A DNA stretch of 64,000 bases from Hydrolagus colliei (GCA_035084275.1 CM068756.1:9424001-9488000), one strand, 5' to 3'. Positions 12,764 to 25,395 are shown, numbered from the stretch's first letter. Notes: generated by a model from the letters alone, not told the origin. A program made the numbers and translations.

Positions 12764-13599
12764 CTGAAATAAACGACTGGATCTGAAAAGATCAAAGAAT
12801 CACATATATGAGCAAACAACTAAAGTAATTACAGCTAATCGATGGATAGTTTTCACTATTCTTGATGAATCATTGTTCATTTAATTCATTGATCATTTAT
12901 AGCCAAAATGCATTTAAAAAGTGCTTGTAGAATTAATCTTTGACAATGAATCAGTACAATAAAGTTAGGATAAAATTAAATGAATGTCAGACTGGACTCT
13001 ACAAGTTAAGATGAAGTATATTTAGCATGATGGATATCCTATAGTGATTACAAGGTAGTAATCCCATTAACAGGTTCAGATGACGTCATAACCACAAGAG
13101 TGGAACTCAAGCACTTGACAACTGTCATTTGAACCCCACAACAAGATTACAACCTTGAAATCATTTCCATGCATTCATTGGTTTAATAATTCAATTTCAC
13201 AAGATGAAGGGGTGCTTTGGTTCTATTTTTTTCTTCATAGTGGATATTAAAGCACATAACAAGACCCATAGCATTTCACATAGTTTATGTTTGATGACAG
13301 TTACACTGTTCTGATAATACCACTACCCATTTATTGATTGATAACCAAAAATTAATCACTGCAATATGTCCTTGAGGTTTGATTAGAAAAATATCATCAA
13401 ACTCACATTTTTCTACTTAAATACTGGGGGTGTTGGAAATGTGGGAAATATAACTGTTAATCTGTGTTTCATTCATTTCAATGGCACATTCCAATTTTCA
13501 ACAGAATTTACAAATATTTTAATCATTAAATGGCTTCTGCTACACTCCCGTTTTCACATTAAAATCTCATAAATTCCAAACGTCAATTTTTTTTAATAC

Positions 13600-13945
13600 C
13601 AACTATTCTCTATGCTGACTTTCCAGTGAAAATAAGGAGAACTGCATTGTTGGAGGTGCCATCCTTCAGATCATACATTAAACTCTATCAACCTATTCAG
13701 GTGGATGTTAAATAACTCATTGTACTATTCAAAAAGAGAAGAGGGATTCTTCTGGTGAAGTGGTCAATAATCCTTCAGAGAAATTGGTCACTTGCCTCCT
13801 GGCTGTTTGTAGAACCTTCTGTATGCAAACTAACTGTTATGTTTGCTTAAACATACACAATCACTGCTTTTTCGTACTTACCTGTGAAGGACTTTGAGAA
13901 GTTGGGATATTACTGGAGCTATATCAAATGCAATGGTTATTATTA
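13600..13945 (+). mobile_element. Old DeuSINE copy (SacSINE1/AmnSINE1-like)
   Basis: gcattgttggaggtgcc..cttcagat..gtggatgttaaa..ctattc..gctgtttgt Deu-domain pattern, degenerate tail. Confidence 0.7.
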
Positions 13946-15525
13946 GGAGAATTATTATTTCATTAGGGAATAAGATGAAAATCTACTCATCCCTAGAAAA
14001 GCTTTGACCACGTGCTCAATGTACTTTTCCTGAGAATTTGCTCTTTTGGACACTTTTAGTTAGAGTAATGCTGCTTCAAACCCTTTACATAGTGGCTTGT
14101 GTGGCTATCTGTAATGAGTATGTGGACCACAAGGGACTAATTAATATCCTACCGCCAGTAGAAGCTACTTGTAATCGATAAGCAGCTCATTTGAGGTAAA
14201 GACATTTTTTCTGTCGAGTAGTGTATACCGGAGCTGTAATTTGAGGTCAGAATTGTGTTTTTGAAAATATGAACCGGTCCCACCCTTCCGCACCAGTCAG
14301 TGGTATTAACTGTACCTATAATTTGTCATTTCTCTAGTTAGGATGTTCAGTTCCTAATTTTGACATGTAACTGAGAGGTAAGAGCCCTGGAGGACACATC
14401 GAATATCAAGTATATGTCCTTAGACAGGCTGCAAAATAGCAATACGTGAACTGTTCCCAAGGCATTTTTTCACCCATCACTACACAAACATATCAACAAA
14501 CAAATCCATCATCAGCTAAACCACCCATGCGCAATTATATAGGAAGTAGAAGTGACATCCTCAAAGAGTTGGTTTCGATCCCAACAAAATATGGTTGACA
14601 ACTCATTGCATTAAACCCTTAGTTATTTTTAAATATAGTGTTGTAATACCAAACATGGACAATTCATGAAAGTTATGAAAAGTATTGTAGCTGTCTTTAT
14701 GACCTTTAGTTTTCTATTATGTGCTGTAAATTATATGTAATTTTCTATTTTCTGACTGACAAACAGGAAACAAAAGTCATAATTTGGGAAGAGACTTGGA
14801 CTGTTACTATAGGACACAAAACCACAACTCTTAAATAAATCTATACAAGCTAGTATTTTAAAATTATAAAGAACTCAAAAAACATAGAATCATTACTGGA
14901 CAACAAAATATTCTTCCAAACAGGATTTGAGTTATTGTTCTTAACTTATGCAAAATTATATTTTCATATTTCCAGAGTTACCAAAAAATACAAAGAAATT
15001 TAAAAACACGTAGTAATTAAGATTTCAATAGATACTGTACTGTATTTAGAAAATTAATTCATTATTTTTTGTAAATCAATTATGTCTTTAGAGTTTCTGA
15101 TTCTTGAAAGAGTCTCCCTAATCACTTTGTGGTGGAATTTATTCCAAATGATAAATATGAAGTCCTTAAAATACTGTAAGACAGTATTGGTAACACTGCA
15201 ATACTGTATATACAGTACTTTAAATGCTTCCAGCACTGTGTAAAGTAATGATGATGTTCAAATGCCAGGAAATGTCAACATCATAACATTTACCCTTAAA
15301 AGTCACAATAGGAGCTTGATATGTTGGGAGTACATCTTTAAATAAAAACACATCAAAATAAATATCAATGTAGCAAAAACACTACTCTCATTGATCAATT
15401 GATAAACTTTATATTGAAACAGAATGTTTACTTACATGTGTTTATATTTATTTACATTTGTTTACCAAAGCAATACTGCATTTTCGAAACAAATTAAACC
15501 ATGAAGGAAATGGACAAATGTGGGG

Positions 15526-15597
15526 TCACAAATCCAACTGCAGATGCTGCTTCTGATGACTTATAAATATAACATACTTTTTAGTTTTAGAGGGATC
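15526..15597 (-). CDS. Candidate Sowah exon 3, DPSKTKKYVIFISHQKQHLQLDL then stop
   Basis: Phase 0 after cattag; resembles the Sowah DPDGTKYVVL motif that follows the exon 2 segment; weak pyrimidine tract, 127-nt intron. Confidence 0.35.
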   Translation of the reverse strand, partial: DPSKTKKYVIFISHQKQHLQLDL

Positions 15598-15724
15598 CTA
15601 ATGAATTTTTTTCAACGCTATATGCTGATTATGTCCACACAACCCAGCAGACTTGCTAAAACAAAAAGAAATTATAATATGATATCTTGCTTATATTGAA
15701 CAGAAATAAACAGAACAGCCTTAC

Positions 15725-15786
15725 CTCTTCTTCAGTGATAATACCAACTTTTGAAAGGACATCTCTGAATTGTTTTCGGTTTCTGT
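15725..15786 (-). CDS. sowah2: Sowah-family gene exon 2
   Basis: ctttatttttag acceptor and GAG|gtaagg donor; 62 nt, phase 1 to 0, in frame with exon 1; (D)RNRKQFRDVLSKVGIITEEE fits Sowah RxxFKxxVNxVAxVxxE. Confidence 0.75.
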
Positions 15787-18387
15787 CTAAAAATAAAGAT
15801 ATTAAAAAAAGTTTATTTTATTAAGAAGCTTTCATTGCCAGCTGGATATATGCAAAGATATTAGTTATTGGTTTAACGATAACTAAGTTACTGATAAAAA
15901 AAGTTCAGCGCAAAATGTTTTATTTTTCCTTTATTAGTGTATTATCCTGGGAGTCAATAACCATCATACATTCTCCTTTCACCAGGATAGGATGATCTGG
16001 ACCTCCATTCATGTTCATCACAATGATTATCCTACAGGAGGTGCATTTACAGTCAGGCGAGCCAAATATGTCAGTTTTAATACCCCCTCCCCACCATCCC
16101 ACCTCCCTCAACTTGTCCAAGGTGGAACATCTTGCCATAGCATGGGGCTCCATCTACTGTAGCATCCCAGCCAAGAAATGATGAAGTTCACTCCAAACAG
16201 TGGCAGACAAACTTGACTGGCAGACACAACTGGCACTCCAACCCACAACCATCTGTTTGTGAGGCAAGTACTTTACCACCTGTGCTAGCAATGCACATAA
16301 TAACTATACATCTTTGTTACAGAATTCCAAGATTTCAAAGGTGCAATTGAACAAGCATACATGGAATTAAAAACATTGTGATTTCTGGAGGGAAATATAA
16401 TTTCATTAAAATGATATCAGTGTTTATATCAATAAATATTTGAAGTGTTACTGACATGCTCCTATAATCTAAGCACAGAGACTGGGCATAAAGGCATGAT
16501 GTTACTTAGAGAATACAGCTCAGTGAGAAAATAAAAGGCTTCCATTTCTGTTCACTCTTACCTTTAGGCAAATATGAAATTAAAACAGTAGCCACACCAA
16601 TATCAACTTCTATCTAGAAAACATCCTTATTATTTGAGTGTTGCAACAATTGTTGCTCATTTTACAAATTGGGACAGATTTATATAAAAAATACACCTTG
16701 GCTACACAAAACAATTGATAACAGACTCTTTTTTTAAGTTATTTTCCATTTTCCAGCACTAAAACAACCTGAAAATAAAAGTGACTCCACAAACAATTAT
16801 AGTAACCCACTTATAAAAGAATACCAAAAGATGTGACAGTTCTTACACTAATTTGATCAGTGATTTTCTATAGCAAATGGAAATTTTGATTTTCTAAAAG
16901 TTACTACATAATGAGTGCAGTACTATACTGCATTATATAATAATTATTGTCAAATGAAAATAAATCTCAATACCATTATCTAAAGACAATCTTAGAGGTT
17001 ATATAATATATATTTTTAAATCATATTGTGCCAGAATAATTTGTCCCAACTCATCAATGTGTAAATTTATTGTTAAAGTTTCAGAAGAATACACATATTG
17101 CTGATCAATACTAACATTATCTATCCATTTTGGTCATGTTTGTTTTGCAAAAAATACCTGACTAGAAACTGCGTGACTCACTGCAAATCTGCATTGTTTG
17201 ATTTAAGTAAATTTAAGCTTTATATAATGGTAGGAGCAGACATTTTTGCATCAGAACAAGTTTTCCAACTGAATAGTTAAATGCTACCCTCAATGCTCAA
17301 TGTTAAGCACAAATTGATTCATACTGTAACAAAGTTCATATAATTCACATTTTAATATTTTAAAATATTAAAGAGTTAAAGTCAATATTTAACAGATGAA
17401 GTAGCCAATTAAATAGCAATAGCTAATTACTGATATATCTTAGTACAAGTTTCAGATTTGGAAAATACAAATATTAATGTAGCTCTTACATTGCCAATAT
17501 ACAAATTATTATGAAACTATAATGCTATAGTATTTATTTTGGATATCTCTAAATATTCAACGGATTATTAACAGAATATGCAACACCATTTAAATGGTCC
17601 ATTTTAGTCCACCGAGTACTTTGTATTTCTATTCAACGGTAATAAAAGTAGGTTTGTTCTTTTTGACATGTCCTGCTGTAATTGTATGCCTGAAAAGTAA
17701 AATTGCAGACACGAATATTGCAGAATTAAACTACAGTAATTCAATAAGCCAATTTGCAAGCTTTACACAGACGTGTTCTCAAATACTGTGCTGTAGGGAA
17801 AAAATTACAATTAAAATTAAAAAAAGTCAGTTATTCTTAGCGGAAAGGAAAATGTAACTTTCCAGCAATTGAAGCACCACATAAAACCGAGAAAAGTCTG
17901 TTTACTCAAAATGCTGCTGAAGAGTGCCAGTTTAATCAAAGCAAGCAATGTGGTCCGTAATCAGGGCCATTATAAAATAAGGAGCAAGTTTCCGTTGACG
18001 GCCCTGGAGCGTGTACGAAAAGAACAGCAGTTTCACAATTACTTTCCGTGTCCTAACAAAATCACACGGACAACTTCAATGTCTCTCTCGCTCTCTCTGC
18101 CTGTCCATCTCTATATACTGTATAGATATAGGTTTCATGCTATTCTAATGACGTCGAAAATAAAACTTAATGCAAACGCGGAGAATTAATTGCTGGCCAT
18201 TCCTCCCGAATTCGGAGTCAGTAAAGGAACGATTAATTGTCCAATGAATTGATGAAGAAGAAGACGAAAATAGAAAATAAAATGAACAAACACGAGTTCA
18301 AAGCCTCCGGGCTAATCCCAGGGATTTAAACTGCGTTTTAAAAAAAACAGACAGCAGGATAGCAGCGACTGTCACCCACTTACTTAC

Positions 18388-18526
18388 CCCTGACGTCTGG
18401 CGCGGCGTGGTACAAAACCGTCTCAAACATGTTGACCAGTTCTGCATATTTTATCTTGCCCCCTCTGTCGTGGAGTAGAGTGAGAATAAAATCCACCTTC
18501 GGCTCCTGCGATGCCGCCGAGGTCAT
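18388..18526 (-). CDS. sowah2: Sowah (sosondowah ankyrin-repeat family) gene exon 1, N-terminal domain
   Basis: ATG at 18526, MTSAASQEPKVDFILTLLHDRGGKIKYAELVNMFETVLYHAAPDVR, G|gtaagt donor; fits Sowah SQE..LDFL...GG.V.NA.L..HF..FL; lies in a CpG island beside an Irx gene, matching known Irx-Sowah synteny. Confidence 0.8.
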
Positions 18527-18584
18527 CCTCCCCCTCCTCCTCCTCCTTCTTCTTCGTTGCAGCGTCTCCTCCTTCCCGCTCACA

Positions 18585-18910
18585 CCGCACTTCCGGTCGC
18601 CAACCGCGTTACCTCGGCAACGACGCAGCAGCCCGGAGGAGCTCGTTTCGTCACCGAGTTACCAATATGCAAATGAGGCAGCCCGGACCACCAATCGACG
18701 ATCATAAGCGTGGGAGGAGCGGGGAAAGGCAATGCGGCGCGCTGCATCTCGGGACGTATAGTTCTTTGCTTGCGTTGGCCTGAGGTGAGGGGGGGGGGTG
18801 TGTGAAGGAATGGGACTACATCTCCCAGGCTGCCTGGTGCCTCCTCTTCACTCCTGCTACTCGTCCATCACTCCCAGATTTTCCAGGCAATGGCAAGCCA
18901 CGTGACCGGC
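18585..18910. promoter_or_regulatory. CpG-rich Sowah promoter
   Basis: ETS CACTTCCGGT 18588-18597; RFX X-box GTTACCTCGGCAAC 18608-18621; CCAAT at 18662 and 18691; octamer ATGCAAAT 18667-18674; ZNF143 motifs 18743-18762 (-) and 18815-18828 (+); CACGTGAC 18899-18906. Confidence 0.8.
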
Positions 18911-18984
18911 GGTGAGCGTTGGCAGTTGCAGCACCTTCAGAGCCGCCCGCAGCAGGCGTCTTCAGCTCAGCCTGGCTCCAGAGG

Positions 18985-19030
18985 CAGAGAGTGAGTGAGT
19001 GAGTGAGAGAGAGAGAGAGAGACAGACTGA
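18985..19030. repeat. (GAGT)n/(GA)n microsatellite
   Basis: Seen directly. Confidence 0.9.
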
Positions 19031-21962
19031 GAAAGTTTAAGTCAATACAAACAAGAAAATAATCTAATGCCTCGCGTCCATAGACCTAACATCAAACGCA
19101 ACGCGGGTAATATTTAAGGTGGCATCGAATAATGAATGGGGTCGATTGGTGGAGGTAATCATTTGCACCTAAAACCGAAAGATGTCGTGAAAAGCACAAA
19201 TTTGTGTAAAATCGAGGGTGTGTGTCGTGATATGATTTCCGATAGCGGCCACCCCAACCCCCCCCCCCCCCCCACCCCCACCCCAAAAAAACAACAACAC
19301 TGTTTGGATGGTATGGTGTGTGGCATGTTTTTTTTAAATAAAAAAAAGGTTTTCCATTCGTAAAAAAAATGATTTAAAAGCGCATTTGCCGTGTGCGCAA
19401 CGCTAAGTAATGCTTTGGCAATGGGTGTGCGCGCGCGTTTGTGTGTGTGTGTGTTCTGTCGCCTTCCAGAAGGATCGTGGTGATCGACCTTAAAATACAG
19501 GTATTGTTAAGAGGTGACGCAAGAATGTACTTGTAAATTTATAAACACACACGTGTAAGACCTATGTTTCAGCAATGTGTGGGAAAAAAAAGTTTTATCG
19601 CGAAGTAGCTTTAAAATGTGCGCATTTTTTGTTTGTTTGGGGGAAGAGTGCACGTTTTGCCAATGCTGAAATGTCTCCCAAGGTTTTTTTTGAATAACAG
19701 TGGTCATTCGCCTGTATAAATTTAGCTCTAGTAAGAGATGATTTCTGAAAGCTGTGGAATTAAGCCTTTAATCCACACCCAGAAAAAAAAAGTAATTGAA
19801 AGTAACAAAAACGGATTATATACAGATGAGAGCAAGAACAAACGTCTCAATCAACCATTAACATAGAATAAATAATATTATCAGAGCATTGTATTGTATG
19901 GGCAAAGAGCTTTATTATATTTATGGACCGAACACAACATTCAATGCGCAGATTAATCTCGCAGGGCAAAAGACTTTGAAAACTATCGATTTATGAGATT
20001 GTCTACTGAGATATGGGCCTGAGCAGAATAGCTGCTATAAGCAGACAAAGAGAATTAAATAAGTCAGGATATGTTCGTGTTGAGAAATATATCTGGTGGA
20101 ATCAAAGGAGATTACATCCGTTGATCGGTAGGGATTTATCCCAGTTCATATGGTTTTAATCTGCTTTCGCTTCTACCCTTTTATGAGTTTTAAAGAAGGG
20201 ATACCTGGTTCGTTTATTCGCTTTTATCCACCAGTAAACACTCATTTTGAGCTTAGAGTTCAAGACAGCGAATAAGGTAGTGCTAATATGTACCGGAGCT
20301 TAAAACCACACTCCTCTTTACAGATTGGAATTCTTCCAAAAATCTGATATGATTCAAAAAATATAAAACAAACTACTGCATTGTTATATGCTGCTGAAAT
20401 ATTGTTTCATTTTCCATAGAGCAATAGAGCTTCCAGTGTACTTCAAATCTAATTATTTGCAGACCAACCCTAACGCCATTTGCTTGAATTTATATCAAGT
20501 TAAGAACCTCTAAATTACAGAAGAAAATAATTGTTTCAGCAAATCACATTGTTCAGAAACATTATAAAGCTTTGTAAAGCATTATAAAGCGTTTTAATTA
20601 AAATTAGATTTGGAGAGATGGCAGTTCGGATAGTTGTATTTATATATTATAGTTCAAATTCAAGTTAGTTTAAAGCACAAATGACTTGCAAGTGTCTTCA
20701 TTTTGTGACCTGTACACCCAAAAGTTTTAGAAATAGGTTTGTCTAAAGATTACCAATCAGTTAACATTTTTAAAATGTCTCTGCCGTCAATCCAATTGGG
20801 AGTAAGATATTGACTGAAGGCCCTCCTCAAGATTGCAATAAACTGTATGTGGAACTGCAAATGTATTTGAAGAATGTGTTGTGTTTTCTATCATTTTAAA
20901 ATAAAATAAGCTCTGTTTTAAAAAAAAATCCAGAAAGATACTGTGCTTTAATTATCCAGTACAAGGGCATTTTCACCTCTGACCTCTCATTGTGTGTTTG
21001 TCTATAATTTCAAAATTTCCTCAGTTCAGTGGCTTCAAATATTACATTTTGAATGCAATATCAGGTAAGTAGAATGAAGACTTAACTATGTGGTTTGAAA
21101 TCAATGCAAAAAAAGCTTGAAATTTACTTTCACACAACAGTTAAAGAAAACGTCCGTTTTGATTTAGCATATATGGAATTTTAAATATCAATCTCAAATT
21201 CCAAAAGTTCATTCCTAAAATACATATATAAATTATATCTAGTATTAGTGTATTATCACCATGTAAATGTGACTGCAATACCAATATAGTAACATGATTA
21301 TTAAATATTTGTTGAGCTATATAGAATCGACATCTACTTCAGTATTCTCTCATTCATGGTATTTGCATTTCCACACAAGCTTACATCACTCATGACTAAA
21401 TGGTAACCTAATAAGTCTTCACCTCACCAAGAAGCTCTCTTATTAAAGGCACTAAAATGCAAAATTTCAAAAAGCACCAACTAACTCTTTGACTGTGACA
21501 ACCACGGCCATCAAAACCTTCAAACACCAAAAGGCTGCAACAAAGGCAAAGTCTCAGAACTCACAGATGTTGTCAACAGCTGCACTACAACTGTGCAGCA
21601 GCTGGGTGAAAGGACTTCAGTGAATTTCTCTTAAGCACAAGTTAATTTTCCAAAACTATGCATGCTCTGAACAGGAATTACTCTCATCAGAAGTGTGTGG
21701 ACCAGTTAAAACTCTGTACATATTGTTGCAGCGTATTGCCCTTAAAACAAACAAGAACTAAATAATGTAGGGTTGTAAAGTAGAAAGAAAACAAAGTGTT
21801 CTTTAAACAGATGACTTGCACACTTGACACAAAAAATGCAATAGCTTAAGGTGTACCACAGCTAATGAAAACAAATCATGCTTTCATTTCCTTCAATGAA
21901 AGGAACGTGTATTCGTTCTATTAGCAATTTCTTTGGTTAATATGTGTATCTATGTTAGTAAT

Positions 21963-22010
21963 TTAGCAGAACAGGCTCGACAGGCTGAATGGCCTACTCT
22001 TGTTGGAATG
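21963..22010 (+). mobile_element. CR1 3' UTR remnant
   Basis: gcagaacaggctcga..ggctgaatggcctactcttgtt resembles the CR1 tail at ~63510-63560. Confidence 0.6.
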
Positions 22011-23729
22011 TACTTATTTTAGTAAAACCTTCCTATTGTCGACAGATTAACCTCGGTGCACAATGGACTTCAGTGTCACATTAACAAGCAATATATACTG
22101 TTCCCTAATAATACCACAAAGTACAGGTTATAATGGCTACTGAGAGCATGGTGTCCACAGATTGCTTATAATCCACTACATACTTATTAATGGCTGCAGG
22201 CCTACTGTGAATCTATGGTTCTTCTCTGTGTCCAGCATTCCAGTAATGTGGATGCTTGCTGAGATTCACTGGAAAGGCTTGAGGATTCCCCCCACAACAA
22301 TTAGTTCAGCTTCAAACATCCAAAGTAAGAAGTATGCCATTGAAAACCTGATATAAAGTGTGGTGTCAGTTCCCAAGGGTATAATAAATCCAACATTAAC
22401 TGCAGTTTTAAGGTAAGATATTGCTCATCAGGTTACAGAAATTACTTGCAATGTCCTCAGCCTTCAGTTTCAGGCATTATAACAGATGTTCAGTCATTTG
22501 TGTAACCCTAGAATCAATACTTTACTGCTGTAGCCCTCAAGTACAAGTAACATTTGTATAATAGATTTGTACCAGAGACAAGATTTTGGGTTAATATGGA
22601 CTTCAAGTTCACATTGCCTTCTGAGGAGCATAAATTCTGAACCTCTGAAACTCAAATGTTAAAACGAGATCGCAAGTCAAACTCATTGTCGTTTTTACTC
22701 ATGGAACTCAGCACAGGTGAAAGAAATGGCTCTATAAATTTATAGAATTACTTATATAATGATTTATCATATGCTAAAGAGACTAGGCAATTAAATATTA
22801 GCCATACACATCCTCAACATAAACCTGTCTCAGCCTTATCTTCTCCCTAATATTCTACCACGATTGCCTTGTCTTATTAATATCTAAATAAATGTTCAAC
22901 TTTGATCAAATTTACTTAGCGAGAAAATGAGCCCATATTAACATAACATAGGTATGCAAGAGGAGAACAATTTATTCCAGTCGTCAGGGATTGTGGTTGC
23001 CGTTTTATTTTGGAGTTAAATTTAAGTTGAAAACAGTAACCCATTACAACCCTTTATGCAAACATAGCTTGTACCTTTTTGTTAACAATAACCTGGGTTT
23101 TATTGCTTGTAATGTTACTTATTAAAGACCGGTATTCATTGGTGACAATAAGCGAGCATTAGTGAAAAGGGAGTTTCTCATACTTTATGGGGTTTGCAGC
23201 CAAGTACAGTATATGTTATAATTACAAAGAAATATATATAATGTACATATAACAACTATATCATCAACTGCAAATCATTCCTCAATATTTTTTCAGTAAT
23301 GACAAAACAGTTGTTAATCCTTCAGTGTGAACCTCATTATCCGTCAGTGATATGGACTGCACTGGCAGCTGCTGGCAGAACAAAAAACAGACCTGAAATT
23401 GAATCAAATCACCATCAAATTAACCGTATATGCTGCTAACAGCATATAAAAATAATACCCTGGAGTGATTTCTAGGCAATAACATGATCTCTGGGTTCAG
23501 GAGATTGCTTAGTGGCATTTTATGACATTAGCTGCACCCCTAGATTAGGCAATGCAAGATCTGCAATTGTCATTTTAATACCTGGAAATGTTACGATGAA
23601 CAAACGTCCCGATTTAAAAATCTACGTGTAATAGATATACATACACCTGTAACGCCGAACAATAATCATCCCTCCTATTCAATCTGAAATTATTTGAAAG
23701 ATTAATTTAGGGGAAAAAAAGCTTGTTTC

Positions 23730-24285
23730 CAGTGCGTCCGGCTTGTATTTCGAATAAACTCATATGGTTGTGCTATGATTCGTCGGGCTCCTGTCACGTA
23801 CAGTACTGTATTAGCAAACTAAGTTAAGTTGCTGGAGCCTGGTAGAAGATTGCCATCCAGGGGCCGGCGTACTTGAGCCTTGGAAAGAGGCTTTTTTCCA
23901 GTGAGAGAGAGAGAGAGAGAAAGCCTCTCATTAGGTTGGTTTTGGCACCCCATCAGGCTGCCTGCCTTTCTTCCATTGACAACACCCTGATAGGAGGAGC
24001 TGCGAGTGCGTAGAAGGCGTCAGAAATCCTCAATTTCTAACTTGCATCTTGCAGGACCTTCTCTAAAGCAGCCCCATCCAAAGGAAAACTTCTGCAAGCA
24101 AGTAAACACTGAGTGGGAGAGTCAGCTCAGCAGCTGACAGACAGCACAGACCAGGCAAGCTGCCGGCCGCTGCTCTCTGTGACTGCCGATCACACCAGTC
24201 ACACAAAAACCTTTGGAAATATCGACTGTTGATTTTTTTCTCTCTCTCTTTATATATATATATTATATATAAAAATCTTAAAGCC
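23730..24285 (+). promoter_or_regulatory. Irx5 proximal promoter and 5' UTR (TSS not determinable)
   Basis: Raised CpG directly upstream of the ATG; (GA)n at 23903-23920; CCATTGACAAC; GCCATG Kozak context. Confidence 0.6.
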
Positions 24286-24522
24286 ATGTCGTATCCTCAG
24301 GGCTACTTGTATCAACCGTCAGCTTCTTTGGCTCTTTACTCGTGTCCAGCTTACACTACGAGCGTCATATCGGGACCCAGGACGGATGAACTTGGGAGAT
24401 CTTCCTCGGGCTCTGCTTTCAGTCCTTACGCCGGATCTACAGCCTTCACAGCCGCGTCCCCGGGTTATAACAGCCACCTCCAGTACGGTACAGATCCGAC
24501 CGCCGCCTTCACTTCCTACGTG
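24286..24522 (+). CDS. irx5: Iroquois homeobox 5 exon 1
   Basis: [23 protein letters not shown]...AFTSYV is the Irx5 N-terminus; GTG|gtaagt donor, phase 0. Confidence 0.97.
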
Positions 24523-24989
24523 GTAAGTTCTGCTTTTCTTAAGACACCATATTTACAATGTATTCATTATAACTCTTCCACATGACATACTTGGTGCCTT
24601 CCCCCCCCCCCCCCCCCCCACCACCCTCACCCCCCACCACCCCCAGTGATCTTTCAGCAGCTCACATCTCTCTCTCTCTCCCTCTCTCTCGCTTTCTCCG
24701 TTTTTTTAAAGAAAAAACTTTTTGTTTTAGTTGCTGCAGTCTGGTGTTTTATTTGATACGATTCATTTCGTGTCCAGATCAGCGCCGTGCTTTTTTTTTA
24801 ATTGAAAAAAACATAAATGTCATTGAAAAAAAACCTGTAATGGAATCGCATTCGGCTAGCCCTCGTTTTTTCTTAATGTTGTTTAAATGGTTATTTGCAC
24901 TAACTTATACGAACACTCACAGACTAAACGCGTTTGCTACCGACCAATGTGTTTTTTTTTAGTTTTGACGGGTGTTTGTTGTGTCTCAG

Positions 24990-25395
24990 GGCTCTCCCTA
25001 TGACCACTCAACGGGAATGGCTGGATCTATAGGATATCATCCCTACACAGCTCCTTTAGGCTCTTACCCCTACGGTGACCCAGCTTACCGAAAAAATGCC
25101 ACCAGAGATGCGACTGCCACTCTCAAAGCCTGGCTCAACGAGCACAGGAAGAACCCCTACCCCACCAAAGGCGAGAAGATCATGTTGGCCATCATCACCA
25201 AGATGACCCTCACCCAAGTGTCCACCTGGTTTGCCAACGCCAGGAGGAGGCTGAAGAAGGAGAATAAAATGACCTGGACGCCGAGAAACAGGAGCGAAGA
25301 CGAGGAAGAAGAGGAGAACATAGATCTGGAGAAAAACGACGACGACGAGCCGCAGAAGTCATTAGAGAAGGGCAACTCGTCGGAAGCAGAGTCAG
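24990..25395 (+). CDS. irx5: Irx5 exon 2: TALE homeodomain and acidic stretch
   Basis: tctcag|GGC acceptor; [63 protein letters not shown]; TCAG|gtgag donor, phase 1. Confidence 0.98.

Noticed and set aside
24250-24275. TATA box before Irx5
   Set aside because: A (TA)n run about 15 nt from the ATG, too close to be the TATA box; more likely 5' UTR
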